Source: Candidatus Omnitrophota bacterium
GTDB taxonomy: Bacteria > Omnitrophota > Gorgyraeia > Zapsychrales > Zapsychraceae
Assembly (NCBI GenBank): GCA_015233405.1
Contig: JADFXT010000001.1
Span: 18,238 to 82,237, forward strand
Length of the DNA: 64,000 nt
Direction of reading: 5' to 3'
Both the position numbers and the translations under genes were made by a program. Below the pieces are notes generated by a model, which did no database searches, had not been told where the DNA came from, and saw nothing but the letters and a program-made list of their open reading frames with translations. Position 1 is the stretch's first letter. Every line of letters begins with the position of its first letter. Shown here in pieces: positions 1-9,361 of the stretch.

Positions 1-2535
1 AAGAAAAAGAAGGTTCCTGTTCCGGAAGGGTTCCTAAAGTCTTTGACCAAAGGAAGCCTTTTGGCGAGCCATGCGAATGAGCAAAGTTCTGTGTCAGGTA
101 TTATTTTAACGACGGACGGTCCGCTTTTAGTGGCTTCCAAGCCGATCTTAACCAGCGAGAGCAAAGGCCCTGTCAAAGGAGCTCTTATCTTTGCTGCGGA
201 CCTTGATTCAGATGAGATTGCGCGTTTAGGGAATATCCTTCGTCTTGATATGGATGTCAAAGGATTTAAAGCGGCTGGCTTGCCTGAGGATTTTGTTGTC
301 GCGCGTAGATCGTTTCTTGACGGTAGGCAGAAAGTTCTCGCTGAATTTGGTAAAGACAAAGTTGCCGGATATAGTGTCTTAAAAGATATTTATGGCAAAT
401 CCGCTTTGATATTAAAAATATCCGAACCCAGAGAGATCTATCAATTTGGCAGCCGCACATTAAATTATTTCGTTTTAGTTCTTCTTCTGGTCGGGCTTCT
501 TTTTGGGGCAGCTGTCTTTTTCCCATTGGAACAGGAGATTATTGCAAGAAAGTGGACAGAGAAGTTGTTGCGCGAGATTGGGGAAAAATATCAGACTTTG
601 ATTGAAACAACCAACACAGGTTATTTGATCCTTGATTCTCAAGGGAAAGTCGTTGATGCCAATAAAGAATATTTAAGATTAATCGGCCGAAAGTCACTTA
701 GCGATGTGTTAGGCAAGAGCGTGACCGATTGGACCGCTCCCTATGATCTGAAACGAAACGCCGACGCTATCAAAGAATGCATGGCAAAGGGATTTATTCG
801 GAATTTGACGATCGATTATTTGGCTCCGGATGGGAAGATCACACCTGTTGAAATTCAGGCGACGGTGGTCAAGACAGAAGGGGATTTTCAAATCGTGTCT
901 TTGTGCCGGGATATTACCATCCGTAAAATGGCCCAGGAAGCCATCCATAAGGCTAAAGAAGAGGCCGAGGCGTCCGCAAAAGCCAAAAGCAGTTTTTTGT
1001 CCAACATGTCTCATGAAATCCGTACTCCGATGAATGCCATTCTGGGATTTGGCGAGCTTCTAAAATCGACACCTGGACTTACGGATAAACAAAAAGGGTA
1101 TGTGGAGATGATCAATTCAAGCGGCCAAGGATTGGTCAAGATCATCGACGACATTCTCGATATTTCCAAAATGGAAGCCGGCCGGATCGTTTTTGAAACG
1201 GTGGAATTTGATTTGCATTATTTATCGGTCAATGTGTTTAAGATGATCGCGGTGCGGCTGAAAGGCAGCAACGTCCATCCTTATGTGGAGATCGCCCAAG
1301 ACGTTCCGATCCTGGTCAAAGGAGACCCGACGAGATTAAGGCAAATCTTGGTCAATCTTTTGGGGAATGCCGCGAAGTTCACGAAGAAAGGCGGAGTTGG
1401 CCTGATCGTAGAATTGGGAGAGAATTCTAAGACGCCGGCCGATGAAATCGCGATCCGCTTTATCGTTAAAGACACCGGCATCGGAATCCCTAAGGATAAA
1501 ATAGAAGAAATATTTCTTCCTTTTACGCAAGCGGACAGTTCGACGACGAGAAAATTTGGCGGCACGGGATTGGGTCTGACCATCGTCAAATCTTTTATCC
1601 AGGCGATGGGCGGACAAATTAATGTCCGTTCCGAGGAGGGGCAAGGAACCGAGTTTATCGTCGATCTTACCTTTAAGAAGGTGGTGAGCCAGGATTCCGC
1701 TAAGGAGAAATTATTAAAGCGAGAAGAATTCATAGGAAAGAAAGTTCTTATCCTTGATGACAACGAGATTGCTCGACGAGTTCTGAATAAAAATTGTCAG
1801 CTCGTAGGCTTAGAGACGCTTGCGATAGAAAGTACGGCCGAAGGCGCTCAAGAAACGCTTGATCGTTTAGCCCGGGAAGGGAAAATCCCGGATGTCCTTT
1901 TATTTGATGTCCTTTTGGAACATGGGGACTCGTTGGGGCTTTTAAAAAACGTCAAGGCCGACGGACGATTCAACCAATGCAAAATCATCGCTGTGACGGC
2001 AGAAGCAAAAATTGGTGACAGAGAAACTGCCAGAAATCTTGGATTTGACGGCTATTTGCCCAAACCGTTCGTGGCCGCGGACTTGGTTCAGGTCTTGAGC
2101 GCTGTTTTGGCAGAACGGAAGGTTGCCGAAGCGGCACTTATTCCGGACGCAGACACTGCTCGAGTGAAAATCCTTCTCGTCGAAGACAGCATCGAAAATG
2201 TGGAACTGATGCTCGAGAATTTTAAGATATTGGGCTGTGATTGTACCTGCGCGTATAACGGGATACAAGCTATCCAGGAACTTCAGACCAATCCTTATGA
2301 TATTTGTTTCATGGATATCCATATGCCTGAAATGAATGGGTTGGAAGCGACGACGATTATTAAACATCAAACTAATATCAAAATCCCGATCATTGCTTTA
2401 ACCGCGGCCGTCTTACCAGAAGAGAAAGACGGAGCATTACAGGCGGGCATGGATGCGTTTCTGACCAAACCGGTTCAATTAGAAACTCTACGGGAAATCA
2501 TCAAAAAATATGCTTTGAAATTTAAGCAATCTTAA
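1..2535 (+). CDS. Hybrid sensor histidine kinase (CHASE4-like periplasmic part, TM, PAS, HisKA, HATPase_c, two REC domains); 5'-truncated by the window
   Basis: Frame is open from base 1. H-box [15 protein letters not shown]-box [11 protein letters not shown]-boxes DTGIGI and GGTGLGL, receiver motifs LILDD..FDVLL..KPF and LLVED..MDIHMP..KPV. Confidence 0.93.
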   Translation, partial: KKKKVPVPEGFLKSLTKGSLLASHANEQSSVSGIILTTDGPLLVASKPILTSESKGPVKGALIFAADLDSDEIARLGNILRLDMDVKGFKAAGLPEDFVVARRSFLDGRQKVLAEFGKDKVAGYSVLKDIYGKSALILKISEPREIYQFGSRTLNYFVLVLLLVGLLFGAAVFFPLEQEIIARKWTEKLLREIGEKYQTLIETTNTGYLILDSQGKVVDANKEYLRLIGRKSLSDVLGKSVTDWTAPYDLKRNADAIKECMAKGFIRNLTIDYLAPDGKITPVEIQATVVKTEGDFQIVSLCRDITIRKMAQEAIHKAKEEAEASAKAKSSFLSNMSHEIRTPMNAILGFGELLKSTPGLTDKQKGYVEMINSSGQGLVKIIDDILDISKMEAGRIVFETVEFDLHYLSVNVFKMIAVRLKGSNVHPYVEIAQDVPILVKGDPTRLRQILVNLLGNAAKFTKKGGVGLIVELGENSKTPADEIAIRFIVKDTGIGIPKDKIEEIFLPFTQADSSTTRKFGGTGLGLTIVKSFIQAMGGQINVRSEEGQGTEFIVDLTFKKVVSQDSAKEKLLKREEFIGKKVLILDDNEIARRVLNKNCQLVGLETLAIESTAEGAQETLDRLAREGKIPDVLLFDVLLEHGDSLGLLKNVKADGRFNQCKIIAVTAEAKIGDRETARNLGFDGYLPKPFVAADLVQVLSAVLAERKVAEAALIPDADTARVKILLVEDSIENVELMLENFKILGCDCTCAYNGIQAIQELQTNPYDICFMDIHMPEMNGLEATTIIKHQTNIKIPIIALTAAVLPEEKDGALQAGMDAFLTKPVQLETLREIIKKYALKFKQS

Positions 2536-2649
2536 TTTTTGGTTTATAGATTTTAACGCTTTAAAAGGGAACGTTTTCCTGTTTCTACTAATACTAAGTG
2601 GCATTTTTGATAAAGATATTTTATACTTAATATAGAAGTAAAAAGTAGT

Positions 2650-2730
2650 GAACCGAAACGGCAAACCCATCGTAAGGTGGGGACGCAAAGTTAAAGGGTC
2701 CAAAAGGAATAGGACAGCCTGACTACCGAA
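2650..2730 (+). ncRNA. c-di-GMP-I (GEMM-I) riboswitch aptamer
   Basis: GGCAAACCCATC-GTAA-GGTGGGGACGCAAAG..AGGGTC..GACAGCC..TACCG matches the GEMM-I consensus, with a GNRA-capped P2 and a G at the position equivalent to Vc2 G20. Confidence 0.9.
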
Positions 2731-2755
2731 GTCGCTGAATGAGTAAGAAATTTTA

Positions 2756-2795
2756 AGCCTATTCCTAATGATGTACGGGAATAGGCATTTTTTTT
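2756..2795 (+). terminator. Intrinsic terminator, likely the expression platform of the riboswitch
   Basis: GCCTATTCC...GGAATAGGC stem followed by a long T-run. Confidence 0.8.
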
Positions 2796-2834
2796 GGAAG
2801 CTTATGAAGTAAAAGCGATATAAAGAATGTTTTT

Positions 2835-2931
2835 GTCATCCCCGCAATTTTTAGGCGGGGATCCACAAGGGTTGAAGACATGGTTTCCCGACCTGTCTGC
2901 CGACAGGCAGGCAGAAGATTTCGGGAATGAC
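2835..2931. repeat. GTCAT...ATGAC double-hairpin palindromic element (dRS3/RPE-like), copy 1, with nested CCTGTCTGCCGACAGGCAGG
   Basis: GTCATCCCCGC-AATTTTTAG-GCGGGGATCC ... GGTTTCCCGA..TCGGGAATGAC; near-identical to 7436-7532. Confidence 0.9.
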
Positions 2932-2985
2932 AGCAGTGAAAAAGGAATTATCAGTAGTTTTAGGACGAAAAAGAGGGGGCAATAA

Positions 2986-5900
2986 ATGTTTAGAGGGCAA
3001 GGCACAACAAGAAGTAACATACTAAAGACTATGAGTCTTATAGTCCTCTTTATTTTTATCCCTCAGACTTTATTCGCTCAAATCACTCTTCCAACGCCCG
3101 GGACCATGGTCACGACCAGCGCGTCGTTTGTCCCGCCGATGCTCAAAGGGATGAAGGTTGATTTAAAACAGCCGTTTCAATTTGATTTTATTCTCGATAC
3201 CGGAAATTCTAATTTACAGGACGATGATCTAAAAGATGAATCCAATAAGCTCATCCGCTATTTTCTTTCGTCCTTGACCATCCCGGAAAAAGATTTGTGG
3301 GTCAACTTGTCTCCGTATGAGAAAAACCGTATTATTCCCGACGAGTTCGGCACAACGGAAATGGGCCGCGACTTATTGGCGCAGGATTATATCCTTAAAC
3401 AGATAACAGCTTCGCTCATGTATCCGGAAAACGCAACCGGCAAGGCGTTTTGGCAGAAGGTTTATAAAAAAGCCTATGACCTTTACGGCACGACCGATAT
3501 CCCGACGGACACGTTTAATAAGGTGTGGATCGTTCCGGATAAGGCTGTTGTGTATGAGAATCCGACTCCCAAATCCGGAGAGGCAACGGTATTTGTGGTC
3601 GAGGCGAAGTTGAAGGTGATGCTCGAGGAGGATTATTTTGCGACATCGAATACTGTAGGGGCGGGGTTTCCCCGCCATGAGGATAAAGGGCGCGGGAACC
3701 GCGCCCCTACGGCAATAATCAAAGAGGTCATTATTCCTATTTTGGAAAAAGAAGTCAATGAGGGCGCGAATTTCGCGCAACTGCGTCAGGTGTATTATTC
3801 GCTCATTCTTGCTAAGTGGTATAAGGATAGCCTCAAAGAAAGTATCTTAAATCGCAAATATTCCGACCAGAAAAAGGTTGATGGCGTTGACCTGGCCGGT
3901 AAAAAGGATAAACAAGAAATTTATGAGCAGTATCTTAAGGCGTTTAAGAAGGGCGCGTTTAATTACATCAAAGAGGAATACGATCCAACGACGCAGGCGC
4001 TCATACCCCGCAAATATTTCTCGGGCGGGGCGAATTTTAAAATGGAGAAGCCGATTGAAAAGACAAAATTTTTCCCGAGAGTCATGGGTAATGTGGTCGG
4101 AAAGTTAAAAGAAATCGCAGGTGGTTTTAAAAAATGGATTTTATCGCCGAGGCTCAAAGATGCAGCGATGGTGGTAGCAACCGTTGCAACATTAGTCGTG
4201 CATAATGGAGAAAAAAATGAAGAATTCGATCCTGGTGAGGCTGTAAGACCCGTCGCTGCGGTTGTCGATCAAGCAATGGCTGTAGCGGAAGGAGTTAAGG
4301 CAGCTAAGCCGAATGAAACAGCTTTAAGAGAGGGTTTCAAGTTTCCTTATCTAGGCAAAGCCCCACGGGGTTTTATTATGGGAGGCACCACTAGCAATAC
4401 TCCAAGCGAAAATACTAAAGTCAACAATGCCATGATGAATGTTAAAACAGCAGGAAGCCAAGTTCTAAATGTTTTAGGAAACTTTATTAATCCTGACTAT
4501 GTTCGGCAATTTATTTTCGTAGTGACGGGAAGTTTGTCACTTTTAAGTCCCCTGCCATATGATCCTGGTCCTGAGAAGGACTCAAAGAATTGGAACATGA
4601 AACCTGCTATTACAAGTGACCATGCCATGATGAGCGTTAAGTCGGCCATCGGTGTGCTGGCGATGATGTATATGCTTGCTGGATTGGCTATGCCATCATT
4701 CGCTAATACGCCGGGAAATTTGATTAACCCATCGAGTCTGACTGCGCAAGCGCCCCAAACACGTCAGGCCGCGCCGGTTTCTATTTCCATCGACCAGCTT
4801 AAGAATAAAAATGGCATGATATCGGTCAGGGTCATTCCTCATTCTGAGGTTTATCAAGAATATGAAAAAACACTTTTTGCCTTACAAAGCTGGGCTAGAG
4901 ATAATAATTATCAGGAAGTCCGTGATTTAGGGAATTATATTTTGTTCGTCAATAAAGAGGCCGGGATTTCCATCACATTTGAAACCCGCGAGGGCAATAG
5001 CGATAATCAGAATGCGAACCAACAATTGATCAGGCAGGAAGTCAGAGAATTTCAAACAAAAAATAATCAAGCAACGATTGTTTTAAGTGCCGATGGAACA
5101 ACTTCGGAAATATCAACTGCTGATAATCTTTATTTTGCTTCCGGAATGACGGAAAGCCCGGTTATTGTCATCCCTAATAATGTCGATAGCAAGGTCCTTG
5201 ATAAAATTCGAGCCGCGCATCCGAAGGCGACGATTCTTCAGGCGGATGGTGGCGTCCTGATGGATTTTCTTAAACTTCTTCCGTATATTTCTCAGAATGG
5301 CGCGTTAAGTACGAAAAACACTTCATTCTCCGTCGCTGATACATCCAAATCAGCAAATCCTATGAATGCCGGTACAACCGCAATCCTTTTGGCATTACTG
5401 GGCGGCGGTATTGGCGGAGGAATAAGATTTGTGGGAAGGTCCAAGACGCGGTCAAATAATTCGCAGAGTTTTAATGTCAATTTGAGCGGGAGCCCTTCAA
5501 CCAGTAATCCGGGCATAGCAAAGAAAGCACCGAGATATAATGAGAAAGGCGAAGAGATCATTGGTGACTTCGCCATGATGACGAATAATCAGACAACAAA
5601 AATCCCAGCCGCTACCAGCGCAGGAAGGCTCACGCACCTTCAGAAAAAAATGATTGATGCCCTGGCTAAACAAAGACCGGACAAAGGCCAAGAGGAACCC
5701 ATTTATATCGCCGATATCGGATTCGGAGGAATGTCGACCGTGTTTGATTTAGCAAAAGAACTTAGCAGCCAAGGTTTTAAGAATGTTATTTTCTACGGAA
5801 TGGATTACCGTGCTGAAGTTGTTAAAGGCGCGCAAGATTTTGTATCCAAGCAAGGAAACATCGACGGAATAAGCCGTTTTCAATTTGTTAACGGCAGTTT

Positions 5901-6684
5901 TGAAGCTCTTCAGGACAAGGGGCAGTTTGATCTTATCGTAACGTCGAATACCCTGATGTGGTATGACAATGGGACGGATGCGGTCCAGAAATATCGTAAA
6001 AACATGCAACAAGCCCTTAAAGAAAACGGTATGGCGATCGAAGCAACAGGCGGAGGGGAAAAATTTTCTATTGGATATGTTCAGTGGAATAAAAATAATG
6101 TTACTGAAAGAGGGATCATTGACCCCCAGGGGACAGTATCCAGGAGTAATGCTATGATTCAAGAAGAGAGTGTTGAATCAATACAAAAATCCATTGGGGA
6201 AATTTTTCCTATTTTAAAAGATAGCAATAATTTGTCGGCTATTGCTGCTGTTGTCAAAGAACTTCGCGGAAATAATGTCGAAACTCGTCCAGATAAGCTT
6301 GTTAAGTGGATGAAAACAGCCCTATCTTTAGATTTAAACTGTTTAGAAAGCGAACTAGAGTCTAAGTTAGGGATCCAGATGAATGACGTTAACCTTTTTA
6401 AACTTCTCTATGCCGGGCATACAACAGAAGAACGCCTCAACAAAGACAACGCTCCTTTAGCCAATCCTGGTGGTATTGATTTTAATCCGAACCGTCTAGA
6501 GCTTGATAAACAAGGCGCGCATAATGATTTTGAAATGCCGACCAATCCCGCGGACATGGAAAACATCCAGATCAATGGCCTTGTGCCGGTTATTATGAAA
6601 ATCTCGCCGGTCACGAACCTGCCGCTTCTTCTTGGAGCGAATCAAAATAGCGAAACAACCAGTCCGTTACAAGCAGGTTCTTAG
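2986..6684 (+). CDS. Large secreted modular protein 1: conserved N-domain, xxAM-delimited cargo modules including a class I SAM methyltransferase, and a PGGIDFNP C-domain
   Basis: 1232-aa ORF. Signal peptide ...PQTLFA|Q. N- and C-termini align with 14975..19825. Methyltransferase motifs IADIGFGG, GMD and FDLIV. Confidence 0.85.
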   Translation: MFRGQGTTRSNILKTMSLIVLFIFIPQTLFAQITLPTPGTMVTTSASFVPPMLKGMKVDLKQPFQFDFILDTGNSNLQDDDLKDESNKLIRYFLSSLTIPEKDLWVNLSPYEKNRIIPDEFGTTEMGRDLLAQDYILKQITASLMYPENATGKAFWQKVYKKAYDLYGTTDIPTDTFNKVWIVPDKAVVYENPTPKSGEATVFVVEAKLKVMLEEDYFATSNTVGAGFPRHEDKGRGNRAPTAIIKEVIIPILEKEVNEGANFAQLRQVYYSLILAKWYKDSLKESILNRKYSDQKKVDGVDLAGKKDKQEIYEQYLKAFKKGAFNYIKEEYDPTTQALIPRKYFSGGANFKMEKPIEKTKFFPRVMGNVVGKLKEIAGGFKKWILSPRLKDAAMVVATVATLVVHNGEKNEEFDPGEAVRPVAAVVDQAMAVAEGVKAAKPNETALREGFKFPYLGKAPRGFIMGGTTSNTPSENTKVNNAMMNVKTAGSQVLNVLGNFINPDYVRQFIFVVTGSLSLLSPLPYDPGPEKDSKNWNMKPAITSDHAMMSVKSAIGVLAMMYMLAGLAMPSFANTPGNLINPSSLTAQAPQTRQAAPVSISIDQLKNKNGMISVRVIPHSEVYQEYEKTLFALQSWARDNNYQEVRDLGNYILFVNKEAGISITFETREGNSDNQNANQQLIRQEVREFQTKNNQATIVLSADGTTSEISTADNLYFASGMTESPVIVIPNNVDSKVLDKIRAAHPKATILQADGGVLMDFLKLLPYISQNGALSTKNTSFSVADTSKSANPMNAGTTAILLALLGGGIGGGIRFVGRSKTRSNNSQSFNVNLSGSPSTSNPGIAKKAPRYNEKGEEIIGDFAMMTNNQTTKIPAATSAGRLTHLQKKMIDALAKQRPDKGQEEPIYIADIGFGGMSTVFDLAKELSSQGFKNVIFYGMDYRAEVVKGAQDFVSKQGNIDGISRFQFVNGSFEALQDKGQFDLIVTSNTLMWYDNGTDAVQKYRKNMQQALKENGMAIEATGGGEKFSIGYVQWNKNNVTERGIIDPQGTVSRSNAMIQEESVESIQKSIGEIFPILKDSNNLSAIAAVVKELRGNNVETRPDKLVKWMKTALSLDLNCLESELESKLGIQMNDVNLFKLLYAGHTTEERLNKDNAPLANPGGIDFNPNRLELDKQGAHNDFEMPTNPADMENIQINGLVPVIMKISPVTNLPLLLGANQNSETTSPLQAGS
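3655..3710. repeat. GTAG-type REP doublet (REPIN-like) inserted in-frame in a CDS
   Basis: GTAGGGGCGGGGTTTCCCCGCC-N11-GGGCGCGGGAACCGCGCCCCTAC: two hairpins with inverted GTAG/CTAC ends, translated as VGAGFPRHEDKGRGNRAPT. Confidence 0.85.
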
Positions 6685-6735
6685 CTTTTCTTTCCTATTT
6701 GACGCAAAAATTATTTTATGATACTTTAGTGGGTC

Positions 6736-7425
6736 ATGATTAAAGATAATGTAAATAATATTAATAATAAAATTGCCTCTATCTGTGCGCACCTTAGACG
6801 AGACCCCAAAGAGATTGTCCTTGTTGGGGTTACGAAATACGCGGACGTTCCATCAATTAAAGAAGCGGTAGACGCCGGCATTATGCATATCGGCGAAAAT
6901 TACGTCCAAGATGCTGTCAAAAAACTTGAAGAACTTGATACTCTGGGCGTTAAAGTTACAAAGCATTTTATCGGACATTTGCAGACCAACAAAGTTAAGC
7001 TGGTCCTTCCCGTCTTTGATTTGATCCAATCCGTGGACAGCTTCAAGCTCGCCCAAGAAATTGAGAAACAAGCCTTGAAAATCGGCAAAAGGGTTGATAT
7101 TCTGGTTCAAGTCAATATTTCAGGAGAGAAACAAAAATTCGGCGCGGATAAATTGTCCGGCCATCAGTTGGTTAAGGATATTTCAGCGTTAAAAAATATT
7201 CGCATTCTTGGACTTATGACCATGGCGCCCGAGATCGAGGATAAAGATATCATCCGCGAATGTTTTAAGGGCTTACGGTTATTGCGTGATCAGATCGTCG
7301 AGGAAATGGGCCGGCGGGATCATATGGACATGAAATATTTATCCATGGGCATGAGCGCGGATTATGAAATCGCCCTTGAAGAAGGTTCGAATATGGTAAG
7401 AATCGGAAGGGCGATTTTTAAATAA
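6736..7425 (+). CDS. yggS: PLP homeostasis protein, YggS/PLPBP family
   Basis: VTK, GENYVQ, HFIGHLQTNK, LSMGMSADY and GSNMVRIGRAIF motifs. Confidence 0.96.
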   Translation: MIKDNVNNINNKIASICAHLRRDPKEIVLVGVTKYADVPSIKEAVDAGIMHIGENYVQDAVKKLEELDTLGVKVTKHFIGHLQTNKVKLVLPVFDLIQSVDSFKLAQEIEKQALKIGKRVDILVQVNISGEKQKFGADKLSGHQLVKDISALKNIRILGLMTMAPEIEDKDIIRECFKGLRLLRDQIVEEMGRRDHMDMKYLSMGMSADYEIALEEGSNMVRIGRAIFK

Positions 7426-7435
7426 GTTTTTTGTT

Positions 7436-7532
7436 GTCATCCCCGCAATTTTTAGGCGGGGATCCACAAGATTTGAAAACATGGATTCCCGACCTGTCTG
7501 CCGACAGGCAGGCAAAAGATTTCGGCAATGAC
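7436..7532. repeat. GTCAT...ATGAC palindromic element, copy 2, with nested CCTGTCTGCCGACAGGCAGG
   Basis: Near-identical to 2835-2931; lies between yggS and proC. Confidence 0.9.
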
Positions 7533-7584
7533 CTGAAGTGGGGTTGGGATGAAAAGAATGGAAGCATTGACCACTTTTAATATT

Positions 7585-8370
7585 ATGAAAACTAAAATCG
7601 GTTTTATCGGTTGTGGAAATATGGGGCAGGCGATCCTTAAAGGAGTCGTGAAGGATTCCTCTATTCTCGTCGCTGAGAAGGACGCGTCCCGCGTCGCACT
7701 TCTTAAGAAAAAATATAAAGTGGCTTGTGCGGATGTGCCGACCGTGGTTAAGAAATCTAATATTATTATTCTTGCGGTCAAGCCGCAGGATTTTGGCCAA
7801 ATCCTCGACGAGATAAAGGGATCTTTAACAAAGAATCATCTGGTGATTTCTATCGCCGCAGGCATTACGTGTTCGTATATCGAAGAAAGATTAGGGGATG
7901 TCAGAGTTGTCCGCACTATGCCGAACTTGCCGGCGCAGGTTGGTGTGGGCATGACCGCTCTTTGTAAGGGGAAGTTTGCCAAAGATAATGATGTGAAACA
8001 ATCCCAGCGGATCTTTGATGCGATTGGGAAAACCGTTATTGTCGACGAAAAATGGATGAACGCTGTGACGGCCGTCTCCGGCAGCGGGCCGGCGTATGTG
8101 TTTTTATTCGTCGAATGTATGATGAATGCGGCAAAAGCCTTAGGATTCCCGGACGATGTTTCTAAGGATTTGGTCTATCAGACGCTTAAAGGAAGCGTCA
8201 AACTTTTGGAAGAGTCCAGCGACGGGGCAGAAACATTGCGTTTAAAGGTGACGTCCAAAGGCGGAACAACGGAAGCAGCCATCAAAGAATTTTTTGGCGC
8301 AAAGTTAGATGAGATTTTTAAGACGGCCTTGAAAGCAGCGGAAACAAGGGCGAGAGAATTGGCAAAATAA
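7585..8370 (+). CDS. proC: Pyrroline-5-carboxylate reductase
   Basis: IGFIGCGNMG, LAVKPQ, RTMPN, SGSGPAY and VTSKGGTT motifs. Start placed at the ATG at 7585; the ORF track starts at 7549. Confidence 0.95.
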   Translation: MKTKIGFIGCGNMGQAILKGVVKDSSILVAEKDASRVALLKKKYKVACADVPTVVKKSNIIILAVKPQDFGQILDEIKGSLTKNHLVISIAAGITCSYIEERLGDVRVVRTMPNLPAQVGVGMTALCKGKFAKDNDVKQSQRIFDAIGKTVIVDEKWMNAVTAVSGSGPAYVFLFVECMMNAAKALGFPDDVSKDLVYQTLKGSVKLLEESSDGAETLRLKVTSKGGTTEAAIKEFFGAKLDEIFKTALKAAETRARELAK

Positions 8371-8382
8371 AAGGAGGCAGGC

Positions 8383-9243
8383 ATGTCCAAAGTCGGGATC
8401 ATCGGCGGGAGCGGGCTTTATGAAATGGAAGGATTTGAAAATAAGGAAGAAGTGGTCATCATCGATACGCCGTTCGGCCAGCCTTCAGGGAATCTGATCA
8501 CCGGGACATTTCAGGGGATTGATGTGGTCTTTATTGCGCGCCACGGCAAAGGCCATCGTTTGTCGCCGAGCCAAATCAACTATCGCGCGAACATTTTTGA
8601 GATGAAACGCATGGGCGTCAGCGCAATTCTATCTGTGTCCGCGGTCGGAAGCCTCAAAGAACATTTAAAGCCGATGGATTTTGTCGTGCCGGACCAATTT
8701 CTAGACCGCACGACCCTTCGGCAAGCGAGTTTTTTTGTGGACGGAATTGTCGGGCACGTAAGTTTTGCCGACCCTGTGGATAAACAACTTGCGAAAATTC
8801 TTGTCGAAGCTGCGAAACAGGCCGGGTCAACGGTCCATGAAGGCGGGACGTATGTCAATATGGAGGGCCCGCAATTCTCGACGAAAGCCGAATCGAATTT
8901 GTATCGCAGCTGGGGAATGGATATTATCGGTATGACCAATATGACAGAAGCCAAATTGGCGCGTGAGGCGGAGATCGCTTACGCTACGCTTGCCGCGGTG
9001 ACGGATTATGACTGCTGGCATCCGGACCATGATTCTGTTACGGTCGAGATGATTCTTAACAACTTGAATAAAAATGTTGCAAAAGCCAAAGAAATCCTTA
9101 GAATTGCTATACCAAAAGTCGGGAAGATTGAAAAGTTTGAGGCGAACGATGCTTTAAAATATGCGCTTGTGACAAGCGGTTCTGTTATTCCCGAGGACAT
9201 TAAAAAGCGATACCAGGTGTTGATTGGAAAATATATAAAATAG
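8383..9243 (+). CDS. mtnP: S-methyl-5'-thioadenosine phosphorylase
   Basis: IIGGSG, ARHG, EGPQFSTKAES, GMT and VTDYDCW motifs; AGGAGG ribosome-binding site. Confidence 0.93.
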   Translation: MSKVGIIGGSGLYEMEGFENKEEVVIIDTPFGQPSGNLITGTFQGIDVVFIARHGKGHRLSPSQINYRANIFEMKRMGVSAILSVSAVGSLKEHLKPMDFVVPDQFLDRTTLRQASFFVDGIVGHVSFADPVDKQLAKILVEAAKQAGSTVHEGGTYVNMEGPQFSTKAESNLYRSWGMDIIGMTNMTEAKLAREAEIAYATLAAVTDYDCWHPDHDSVTVEMILNNLNKNVAKAKEILRIAIPKVGKIEKFEANDALKYALVTSGSVIPEDIKKRYQVLIGKYIK

Positions 9244-9257
9244 ACTACTCCGTCACT

Positions 9258-9350
9258 GTCATTCCCGCGAAAGCGGGAATCCAGGATATGTTGTAAATTC
9301 CAGCGCAAAACCGAAAGGAGACACTGGATCCCCGCATGCGCGGGGATGAC
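9258..9350. repeat. GTCAT...ATGAC palindromic element, copy 3
   Basis: GTCATTCCCGCGAAAGCGGGAATCC ... GGATCCCCGCATGCGCGGGGATGAC; contains an exact ATTCCC-N8-GGGAAT. Confidence 0.92.
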
Positions 9351-9361
9351 ATAATTTCTTT

